In this document: positions 36,401-44,181 of the stretch, piece by piece | How the letters are laid out: each line of letters starts with the position of its first letter | Position numbering within the stretch: position 1 is the first letter of the stretch | NCBI GenBank assembly: GCA_032718475.1 | Contig: JAUCBJ010001824.1 | Coordinates: forward strand, 1 to 44,181 | Source of the DNA: Nemertoderma westbladi | Lineage: Eukaryota > Animalia > Xenacoelomorpha | DNA length: 44,181 bases | Direction: 5' to 3' | Program-made: the position numbers and the translations under genes | The notes under the pieces: model-generated | What the model was told of the DNA's origin: nothing | The model's database searches: none | What the model saw: only the letters and a program-made list of their open reading frames with translations

Positions 36401-38391
36401 AATAACTGCACGTCGTACTGGGAATCCCGGACCAATAGAACCGTAGATAGAATGTTAGAGAAATTAAACTGTTCCAGGAGAGAAACTAGATCGACGTCGA
36501 GGAAGTTTAGAAGATTCTCTGGGGTGTCGTCGAGTTCTTCCCCATCTTCATCGACGAGGATCCACGGAAGTGATGGTAGAGAAGAGGCATCAGTGGGGGT
36601 AAAAGCCTGAAGGAAGGAGATGCGGGCGCGTACAGGACGGAGGAGAGTAGCGAGGGCAGTTATTGAGTGGTTCAGAGTCGGGAGATACCATACATCCTGA
36701 GGGCGTTGGGGTGCCCGGGGCGTCGGTAGTTGGATGTATCGGACAGCCCAGTCGGATATCCTCGGCGGGAGTCGGAGAATGTGGTTGAGGAGGAAGAGGT
36801 GGTCGTCGAGGTCGCCGAGACGGAGGAGGGTGGCCACGAGGTGGTCCAACCAGGATCGGCAATCCCGCAGGAATACGTCATCCCATACCGACTCCCGCAG
36901 GAAGGTAAACAGCACGGAGATGCAGTCTCGGAGTCGCGCGGTCTCATTGGCTGTCTCCATGGATACCGCGGTACAGTCGGACACCGGAGTCGAGTTAACC
37001 ACCATTTTAATGATCGAACTGTTCTGGTACATATGCTGAATGTATCCCTCAATCTGCGTTCTGTTTATGTCTACGGTATAGAGACACAAAGATAACCTGT
37101 CGTCGATGAACTCACGGATTGATCCCAAACTCTGAGAGACAAGTTGCAGCGAGAATTGAGACATATGCAAACTAGTGAATCTCTTGGAAGCTTCAACCTT
37201 GGCTCCGTCTGCACAAATACCTTCGACCCTCACTATATTATCTTCCTCAACCCAAACATCCTTTACATGAGTTGCGTAACTTTGTATAAGATTATTCAGC
37301 TCTGTATCAGCTTTTATAAATGCCAATCGCGATCGGTAGTAAGTAGAAAGCAATGTGTAGAATATATGATTGGTTTTATCGCTTTCGAAAATAAATTTAT
37401 CGATAAACGCCTCGTTATTCTCCAACTGTTTGTTGCAATAAAATTGTTTCAGGTCCGCGTCAGTGAATGGAGCAACAATATCATCTGTTGTTTCCACAAT
37501 GGCTTCAGGGTATAAACATCTGCTACGCGACATACTGGCCCGAGCACGAAGGACTTCCGATTGTTCTAAGATGCTTTGTTTCATGGCAGAGATCTGGGAC
37601 AGATCATACTTTGGAGCGCAGACAGCTGATACTGGTGGTATATTTAATTGTTCCCAGTCGCCTGTGGCCTCTGTTTCCGGTACTGATTGTTCAGCTAATC
37701 CATTTGCGTCGTGAGAAACTGTAACAACAAATTCGGATGTTTCCAATTCATCACAGCATTGTTCAGCGGAATTTGCAATCTGAACAGATTTATTGCTAAC
37801 TTCGGTATCGGTACTGCACAGTGGGATTGCAATATCGTCATCATCCCCAATTATCCCGACAGTATCTACAATACCAGCTAAAGTGTCTTGTTTAGTAATA
37901 TTATCTGAAATATTAACAGTTTCGCAGGCTGAAGTGTCAACTTCATTAACATAATCGGAAACACCACCGGTACCAGTAGTTGCATTGGTGAAAGAATCTC
38001 CTATAGTAATATTTTTTAAAATCTCAGCAGGTTCCTGACATAAAGAGTCTTCTTTGGCATGATTATTTGAAATTTCAATGGAGTCATTTTGTAAAGATAA
38101 TACTCGATCAACATTTTCTGAAATGGCAACATCAGTTGTCGCAGTTACACTGTGATCAATACATGCAGTAACGTCACCCGAATTAACATTATCAATTGCA
38201 AATTCATGGTTATCAATCTCATTACCATGGCCACCGTCATCTATTATTAAGGGGGTTAAATCACTAATATCAGGAAGCGTCGAAAGTAATTCAGATACAC
38301 GGGACTCGGTAAGTACAACGGTGCTACTGTTAGAAACATTATTTATATGTAATGATGTTGGTGTTTGCTTTGTCTTCTTTACGGCCTCCAT
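30436..38391 (-). CDS. EPG5: Ectopic P-granules autophagy protein 5 homolog, single 7956-bp ORF
   Basis: Size (2651 aa) and EPG5-family motifs CISVLFTF, DHLFLLNHILRLPPRISDWAVRYIQ, WILVDEDGEE, ARLILSNMNWG and LGEDKSSQGFFGSIGLGRKS; N-terminus MEAVK; no stops or frameshifts. Confidence 0.92.
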   Translation of the reverse strand: MEAVKKTKQTPTSLHINNVSNSSTVVLTESRVSELLSTLPDISDLTPLIIDDGGHGNEIDNHEFAIDNVNSGDVTACIDHSVTATTDVAISENVDRVLSLQNDSIEISNNHAKEDSLCQEPAEILKNITIGDSFTNATTGTGGVSDYVNEVDTSACETVNISDNITKQDTLAGIVDTVGIIGDDDDIAIPLCSTDTEVSNKSVQIANSAEQCCDELETSEFVVTVSHDANGLAEQSVPETEATGDWEQLNIPPVSAVCAPKYDLSQISAMKQSILEQSEVLRARASMSRSRCLYPEAIVETTDDIVAPFTDADLKQFYCNKQLENNEAFIDKFIFESDKTNHIFYTLLSTYYRSRLAFIKADTELNNLIQSYATHVKDVWVEEDNIVRVEGICADGAKVEASKRFTSLHMSQFSLQLVSQSLGSIREFIDDRLSLCLYTVDINRTQIEGYIQHMYQNSSIIKMVVNSTPVSDCTAVSMETANETARLRDCISVLFTFLRESVWDDVFLRDCRSWLDHLVATLLRLGDLDDHLFLLNHILRLPPRISDWAVRYIQLPTPRAPQRPQDVWYLPTLNHSITALATLLRPVRARISFLQAFTPTDASSLPSLPWILVDEDGEELDDTPENLLNFLDVDLVSLLEQFNFSNILSTVLLVRDSQYDVQLFSPLYTIQLFSFIDQLLDLINSGFRTFSSPRYLQFVKRLGRESRRLVYFASDHWQGFLERVESANLPLAEIYTKERCQTEFDHLVLRACRGLLSSSTLQFLSDIPFYMVSTSMLWKIIYLIHCEEVAEFDDLLSSNRPSNDWVSMLHSVDSYLMLEGKLMPMPISETIYLLNSLANMAKSRDESEGGTMFISLVSNEIYDFCYVNRHTREFCSKCGKDVISSIAASHPFIVGELLGKVDETISVVGTMNHYLFQELPILYWLPRSVDLEKLKVWLIKHPISSPLNGLARLILSNMNWGSRTGAISVTLHRFVAFMVLEVCLTHCSTTTAAKGITTEVVYHLKSAAYSMLRQPDEEQRFLQWAWNLLRRLKLHPSQGFLDQSYCFHDLNATVKPVLDAWHANHPIGTFLAVAMTSYGVDTGLIISQGLRSLQSLIDSNNFTPVVQLLSFISPLFYSTPDSIIKNSLFISLLSNILLSEVRLTTWLISQVPGWDSVFPGQILELFAGMVANEVVGSSFIGDRYETSVEYSFELFDPSKMNLAALDFWMSALTNVPNWGQLKPACFLIDLLIQTSFMLSSLLWKRVYVVVYQFYLSSSLNKPDKQGGLLSSVVSWVTSGTGGDVISTSLPSTFQGFYWLSFAVLLAETQIERDNLIWDSVLVESSSGRGSPTIEAAVKRVSTRIRVNVSVGSLCIVRWAALCLEMPVDHPLTPLAWQQFFQLYFYSTQRVETPHGSHGFRFYDSTPARVAIKKKLSKRLESTVYRLKDSKTSDGSQYDGKLQLGSKLIELYTAAELWLNEPRLHDPSLYLPGLPPCYGIAYLSAMFAANTELWYDLVLLDVVTVTVTSLCSRWRDHAYPAISDQWRPLRSSGKPETSECSKRILERIERNADTSVRPPNLLPVGDVIEEVDHDLLGDSTRLLRRLSDCFSVFVHQARLSQRCLHEMASLDLTYTELLPQLHSNQPRELHQVVACTKTMKPSHVCRGPANLVIRFKSKVDHASALNSADVNRVDYGGLMKQCRTGCGKDVPLQAVFLESTITVLINLYKSQRNLDNHDSYKRIGADLFYYITQMVDNNLWGFNPTKQLIVSCIEVLGNVFIQGCPEQVKPLLMLVLSKSLLTGTLAPMLEPLSNPDEFAALYNDVASLPHGPHGDALAFSLLSKFDVYSWLVGSRPSQLYVDRLINTVGVSLETTGGVIDTHNELRHTLLRRHFREVFLHEFPRNFLHIMTSLVERSYRQKLSPLIWDEILECLGFRNDDIQGSPVVNQEVTMHMEKLIPLETLNAYVEWISNYFNNQRLVDKVSLYGEWAPHICNLAKLFSFITRGLIVKEASSLCPPYHLDIVEGKIYLTWNNIIRLFIPWVLPISLGDSPRKGMDSPWCDSDSTNASIIVDQLSRSIALLHTAFTELVPPYGHTAMKLFFPYYVQSLARPEVEDHVLRVYHARFPTLPWESFFPDMESMRLMSSLYSTCPPSSFDFMGFVFPSINWPAVIISYSSHDIEISIEFHVILFKLLVMFSANSSVTGAQGCNFSQLLTAALTFSWRSLSSSGFEEASIWYGNNANCQYLANLVDPLAVSRDDSLGLQLLQMASGFPDCAQLTLDCVKQCCYMRCINTLHYNMLTSTSVQPTPETTNLVVAHQLQLIHKLVALSDNQSESLEDGVVATLSECVNFVNAAPYPYKSTVVNGFNSWIKSTPSSSIHTYLLSAACKTLASDYSCVIAEVCIEEYFNGTSTPRDELAGWGSLLQTLSSSGINHAQIMNDSVSHAAFYALYAEIMLHLPLSQRLEDEAVLLARIVDWTSIAVASLLPSNEHKMLLFWAKIVELMIRQVDYGGSHATVAKQLESLVNLLTILGEDKSSQGFFGSIGLGRKSCLTLACRCVSRCLALYLATQIPCDGVLRYRPLDPSGLNHRTNANPVKPSPLLTASLTNLRAMRSNKLYVEFYATIDWSLEFAYFAENSLRESLRFIGGLVGKIYGNYPALSILQQCCQN

Positions 38392-40171
38392 ATCACTTGT
38401 TCATAACATATTTTTATATCAACAAATTTTTAATCAAGTAGGGCTGTAGGGCCTAGTTTACCGGTAAGTGGTAGGTAATAATTAGTAGGTTAATCCTTCG
38501 GGGCTAATAAAATAATAACAGACTATCTGAAGGACAAAAACTAAAAGCTGCCGCGGCTGGGGGTAGGCCACTGCCTGCCTGGTGTCTGGCTGGAACTGGC
38601 GGCCTTCTGGCCCTCCTTAAATTTTCCAAAAGAAGTTTTAAATTTCAACTCAGTTGAAAATTGAATTTCCCCCTGACTGATGCAGTAATGATATACGGCA
38701 TACGGCAAATGGGCGCAATTACGGGTACTAATTTAAATTTATAAATACCAGTGTATGTAACTGTAACTGATACCGTCACAGTGATAGGGTGTAACAAAGA
38801 ATTTTCACTCCCCATGCAAAATCACTCCCCAGTTAAAATTTCCGAGTGCAGGGGTAGGCCTATTCTCACTCCCGGGGTGTATTTTCTTTCCACAGTGTAT
38901 TTTAAGTTTTAACCCCCTCCAGTGAAAACTTACCCCTGCATTATCAATTTTCATTATGCGTATCCATCCCCAGTTAAATTTCCCTATTGTATTCTCACTC
39001 CCGGTGTATTTTTCCCTTGCAGCCTTGTGTATTTTAGCTCCTTCTAGTGACAGAGTGAAAAGCCCATGTAGCCGTTCCCCATTCAGCCATTCCCACCTTA
39101 TTAAATAGTGAGAACGCTATGTGATTTCTTCAAGCCTGCAAGCCCAGTCTTCTACAGCCAGGCAGTACTTTATGTGGTATATACAAATCTCTTGTCTGTA
39201 TACTAGAAGAACCATCTGTCTGTCTGTCAGTCTGTGGTGTGGTCCCTCAGTCCCTATTGCAGTATTGAAAAGTTTGATATGTACGCCGAGCACGTTCGGC
39301 GCAGCACTAGAACTTGCGCCGGGAGCTGGCGCAGAAATGTGCTACGCCGGGCAATGAGCCTGAAGGGTCGGAGCAGAGATGTGCTATGGGGATTAACGTG
39401 TTTGGGGAGCTCCACATAATACAGTATTACTATCACACTGTAGGCCTAATATACTGATATAAGTTAGTAAGTAACACACGTCATAAACCAATTGAGGGAA
39501 AGGCAGAAAGGAGCTGGTTACAGATGTACAGAGGCAGACTTTTCTAACCAAAACAAAAAACGGCCACTTTACCAATTGAGGGAAAGGAGCAGGTTACAGA
39601 TCACTGCACCAGTGCCAGGCCAGTACTACTGTACAATTTTTCAATCCCGTTTCCATGGTGATGGGAATTACGATAATTTCCCATATGTCCGCCAGATAGA
39701 AATTGGGCTACTATTTACTACTTATATCTGTATATAATTTTCAACAAACATGCCTGGTGGCTGTCCTTTATCTACAGTTCTAATAATTGCTAACCGAAAA
39801 TTAATATTCTGGAATGTCAAAACCATGCTATCACATGTCTTGCTCTCTGATTGGATAGTTTAGTTTATTCGCAAATGAAGAATTATAAAATAAAATGTTG
39901 GCAATTTTAACTTATTATTTATACTGACACACCGAATAAAAATGGTGTTTTCTAGAATTGGTCAAATTTTTCATTATACTTATTTCCCAGGCAACGGGAA
40001 TGTAAACAAATTCAAATGTGAAATATTTTGATAGACTTTTATTTCCTTTAATCACCTACCAAATCTCAAGGGAAGAATGCATTGTCGCCTTGAAATACAG
40101 GCGTGCAAAGTTTGAACTTTGCTCCCGGTTACCTTGGCACCTACAAGATAAAAATTAGCCTACAGAATGAC

Positions 40172-40467
40172 ATTTTATTATTTATTTTTAAAAAGTAAAG
40201 TAAATTTTCTTCGGCCGCTAGGCCAGGGCACAGGGATTACGCACAAAGTCTGACGACTTATTTCCAGTGCGATCCCCCAAGAACTTTACTCCCCAGAGGA
40301 AACTCCAGTACTCATTAAGCTACCACTTAAGGATGCAAGGCAGAGATGCGCCCTGGCTGGTCCCTTTAAAGCATTCGTGCCGAAACGAAAACTGCCCTGG
40401 CCCATGTGAGGATCGAACCCACGACCTACAGGAGATGTGAATTCAATGCAACCACTACACCAAGGCC
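40172..40467 (-). mobile_element. tRNA-derived SINE
   Basis: Minus strand GGCCTTGGTGTAGTGG (A box), GGTTCGATCC (B box), ~200-bp body and an A-rich 3' tail. Confidence 0.75.
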
Positions 40468-40487
40468 AGAAGGCTGCAAGGTGGAAC

Positions 40488-41245
40488 CTTTTATTTATTT
40501 TATTTATTTATTTAAAACTCGATATTAAAATATGTGAAATACACTTAACATAGAAACATACATACAGAACAAAGAATACACAAAAGGTCGAGGGAGGGAA
40601 ACTGCCCAGGCTCAAGGCACTTACGGGAGTTTGGGTACCTACTATATCAGTATATACCGGTAGTGAACATAAAAAATATTGTAATGCACATACCAGCATA
40701 CAGTATACTTTACAAATTGCTATAATTTTTAAAATTTCTAATAAAATTGAGACTTATAAAAAGAAAAACGAGACGAAAAACTAAAACAATAAAAAAAATG
40801 ACAAAAAAGACAAAAAAGATATTTCTGTATTTGTCACTGTTGTGCTAAAAATAATGGATTGCGAGGAGGTCGTGTAAAATTACAGTGCTTCAAAAAGTCG
40901 ATCGCCAGCAACTTGCGTGAAAATATGTTCAGGTTACAAGAATCAACTACTGAAGAAGGGAGATTATTCCATAATCTGACTGCACGAGATGAGAAAGAAT
41001 GTTTGCTGATATCTAAACGACACCTACTGACCTAGGCTGCTAGGTACGTAAAGTTTCCTCCTGTTGCCACGAAGACCTGAAGACCACCTCGGCTCGGGGA
41101 GCTTGAGAGAAATAATTACCAAAGTCAAGATCAACAAGACCGTGCAGCCGTGTGTAATTTTGTAAACCATTTTTAGGTCGAATATTATGCGACGCACTTC
41201 TAACTAGGTTGTAGGGAAAGCAGTTCGAGGCGGTCCATGTAGCTA
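40488..41245 (-). mobile_element. 5'-truncated CR1-type LINE (ORF2 C-terminus, 3' UTR, (TAAA)n tail)
   Basis: Frame-joined translation SYMDRLELLSLQ-LEVRRIIFDLKMVYKITHGLVDLDF...RLDISKHSFSSRAVRLWNNLPSSVV is typical of the CR1/L2 ORF2 C-terminus; TTTA repeats at 40488-40514. Confidence 0.85.
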
Positions 41246-41964
41246 GAGTACTGGAGTACCGGTAGGGTAACTTACAGCGCATAAACCATACAAATGTCTG
41301 AATGTAGGGTCTACATACAACAGTCTGACAGTACAACCCTTCCGCTTCCCAATAGAACAAAATACTGGAATAACTGAATAAGGCCACATACAGACATACA
41401 GTACAGTATGCTCATGCTGGTTTGAAGCGTTTCTTCTGCTGTTCTGTTCTGTCCTTACTCTCATCCAACCCATCAGCCCATGTCAGCATGTGACAAAAGA
41501 CTAACAACATACAACGTAAAAATACATACCAACGTCCAGACGTCTGCACTGCTCCACTGCACGCCAGGCTGCAAACCACCACTGACTGACTGAACCGCGC
41601 ACATGACAACGCCTGCGCACAATTTTTCAGCCGCGCAATATTGGTCAATAGGCTATACCGCGCATGCACCGAAAAAAAACGCGCACACCACATTTTAACA
41701 ATGTAAACGAGAAACATACGCCAGCAAAGCGAGCAAAACCTTTTCATTAACATTGCAAAATGAACAGATGAAAAAGAAACGAGAGCAAAACTCAAAGTGT
41801 CGAAATTTTTTCATGGCACTGTTAGTGCAAAATGAAAAAGAAACGCAACTACCAGTCTGCTTTATATTATTTACAGCGTTAATTATAAAATTTCATGAAA
41901 AACCATAAAAAACCAATTTTTTCGCCTTTTTTTAAAAGTTGGTTAACTTAAAAGTTTGGCACCT

Positions 41965-42750
41965 CCGGCTCCTGCTCCGGCTCCGGTAAAAATATTGCCG
42001 GAGTTAATTTTTTAATAAAGTATTATATTTCGTGCATATTCTAATCTGAACAATTATTTACACTATAAGTACTGTAGTACAGCTTCAATATCAAGCATAA
42101 TACTGCAGTACTGCAGTATTTACTTAGTCAATGACTGACTGACAGACTGACTGTACTGCAGTAATGCAGTAATGGTACTGGCCAGCTGGCTGACTAGCAG
42201 ACAGTTACAGATAGGCCCTACTGTCAGACTGTAAAAAATTGTTGTAAATGCTATGATTGTACACTGTACCACTGCAGCCATTTACTGACTGTCATGCCAG
42301 CATAATGTACTGCAGTACTGGTACACGTACGGCTGTACGGTACAGCGTTAGGCTACCTACAGTCAGACAGTACAGCGGTAGGCTACCTACAGTACACACC
42401 TCTACCACAGTTAGACAGTCTGACAGTTAGTGAGTTAGGTACTGTAGGTAATTTTTAGCCGTCAGCGAGAGTCAGGCCGTCTGTCCTGATAAATTAATTA
42501 CTTAAATTTTAAATTGAAAATTCGTAAATCTATAAATTATGAAATTAATTAGACCTACAGACCTACAGTACAGCAGTATGATTGATTATGAGCGATTGGC
42601 GAACGATAACCATACTTTATTATTTTTTTTAATAAATAATTAAATTTTTAAAATTTTTGAAAAACTCCGGCTCCTGCTCCGGCTCCGGCCAAATTGTCCA
42701 ACTCCGGCTCCTGCTCCGGCTCCGGCCAAATCCCAACTCCGATCGAGCCC
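41965..42750 (-). mobile_element. One end of a hAT-like MITE with (CCGGAG)n subterminal repeats
   Basis: Minus strand starts TAGGGCTCGATCGGAG; CTCCGGCTCCTGCTCCGGCTCCGG occurs at ~41965, 42665 and 42702; the matching second TIR was not found. Confidence 0.5.
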
Positions 42751-43164
42751 TAACTCGTACACTGTACAATGCTGCAATGCAAATGCTATGATTGCTGGAT
42801 TGTACACTGTCAGACTGTAAAATCATAGCATTTGCAATTTTTACATTACCTATATACCAGTATACAGCTATACCAACCAGTTACCAGTACCATACTACAT
42901 ACTGCAGTACTGCACTGCATACGGTACCGTTACAGTTTTCGTGTAGGCCTGTGTTTTTGTGTAGGCCTACATGTCAGCATGTTGTGTTTAAGGCAAGGCC
43001 ATCTAAACAACAGGCCATGACAAGGACAGGGACAGGGCCTGCAAAATTATCGTAGGCTGACTGCTGAAATATCAAATATTATATATTCCACGAATGCGGA
43101 ATGCAGGGTCCATATTTAAAAGAAGATAACTATATTTTCGTAAAGAATTTAATTGGAACAGTAA

Positions 43165-43880
43165 TTATCGCTCGAGTTCTTGCAGCTTTTGTTTGTTTGT
43201 AGCTGCCTATGTTTGTGGCACTGGCAGGAATGTTTGAACGCTAATAAGTCATCAATCATGGATGAAATGGAACCAAACTTGGTACACATGTAGTCTATCA
43301 AAAATTTAGAAATTATATACACAGACAGACTTATACAGTTCCTCTATCTGCCGCTAGGGGGGCGAATTTACAGAAACGTAAGAATAGCTGTAATTATAGA
43401 ACCAACCATCAGATTCATCTGAAATTGGTAGTAGTAACCTACGAACATTGCTTAATTAGAAATTCTACACAGACAAATTTTAAAGGCTCCTCTGTCTGCC
43501 GCTGGGTTGCGAATTAAAAGAAACGTAAAAGTAGCTGTAATTATAGAACCAACCATCAGATTAGTCTCAAATTGCATTGCATTGCATTGCTTAATTATAA
43601 ATTCCACACAAAGACAGACTTTTACACACTGTAATTAGGTTTGTCCGTTTTACCATAAAACATTCATGGTTAAAATGGAAGTGTGAATGTATGTGAATGT
43701 GTTATATTTTAATGGTTCTTCACCGAATTTAAATCGTGTAAAATACCATGAAGGGTATTAGGCAAACAGAGACGCGAATTTTTCGTGGTGAAAGTATGAA
43801 AACCTAATTACAGTGCAGTTCCTGTCTGCCGCTAGGGGGAATTGTTAAAGCTCCAGTTCAACGTGCTTAGCACGGTTTAA
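43165..43880 (+). mobile_element. Helentron-associated (HINE/DINE-1-like) non-autonomous element
   Basis: (GTTT)n near the 5' end; ~148-bp internal tandem units (CTGCCGCT at 43348, 43496, 43826); 3' hairpin CGTGCTTAGCACG at 43862-43874. Confidence 0.5.
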
Positions 43881-44181
43881 TAAACAATAAATTCATTTTT
43901 TATTCATTTACAGTATAATTATAACAGTAAAATGCAATGTATTCTATGTTCTAGTGAAATCAAGAGAGGGGGGGGGGGGGTGGTGGGGGACTGGACGCAA
44001 ATCCCATCTTCCGCCTCAATGTTAAATTCCCAATTTAGGGAAAGGAACAGGTTACAGTGGCACGTTATTTTAACCAAAACAATAAACTAAACACAATAGA
44101 ACAGGTTACAGTTTTAATTTTGAGAGTAATCAGCTGTTATTTGCGTCAAATTCCCCCTGGAGTGGGGTGAATTTTTATTAA

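Noticed and set aside
30599-37724. Numerous 60-126 aa ORFs overlapping EPG5
   Set aside because: Alternate-frame or antisense shadows of a GC-rich CDS. The same applies to those overlapping the gag-pol remnant and RPL34.
40397-40467. Functional tRNA gene
   Set aside because: A/B boxes are present but the D and anticodon arms do not form, and it runs into a SINE body and tail. The fragments at 9705 and 26337 also lack proper stems.

Overview
Eukaryotic, most likely invertebrate animal, genomic DNA that is AT-rich and dense in transposons. It holds two intact host genes, both intronless in the coding region and on the minus strand: RPL34 (2311-2751), bracketed by a ~550-bp inverted repeat, and a 2651-aa EPG5 (30436-38391). 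The centre is a direct duplication (5581-13614 and 22208-28671) enclosing a decayed BEL/Pao LTR retrotransposon cut off just before the RT YxDD motif. The layout fits a join between an insertion-free allele and an insertion-bearing allele. The duplicated block carries hAT-like MITEs, a tRNA-derived head and an unusual ~608-bp non-coding unit. That unit has a 91-bp palindrome present in both flip and flop forms and a long hairpin whose mismatches are mostly tandem G-A pairs on one strand, with the hairpin core amplified to 11x123 bp. A second theme is pervasive TA-(3-5 nt)-TA insertions (TACAGTA, TACTGTA, TACCGGTA, TAGGCCTA). Several are shown to be insertions by empty sites elsewhere in the window. 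They match Tc1/mariner excision footprints and pile up next to promoters. The right end holds a tRNA-SINE, a CR1-type LINE 3' end, a MITE end and a Helentron-like element. All calls come from reading the sequence by eye; no database searches or folding calculations were run.
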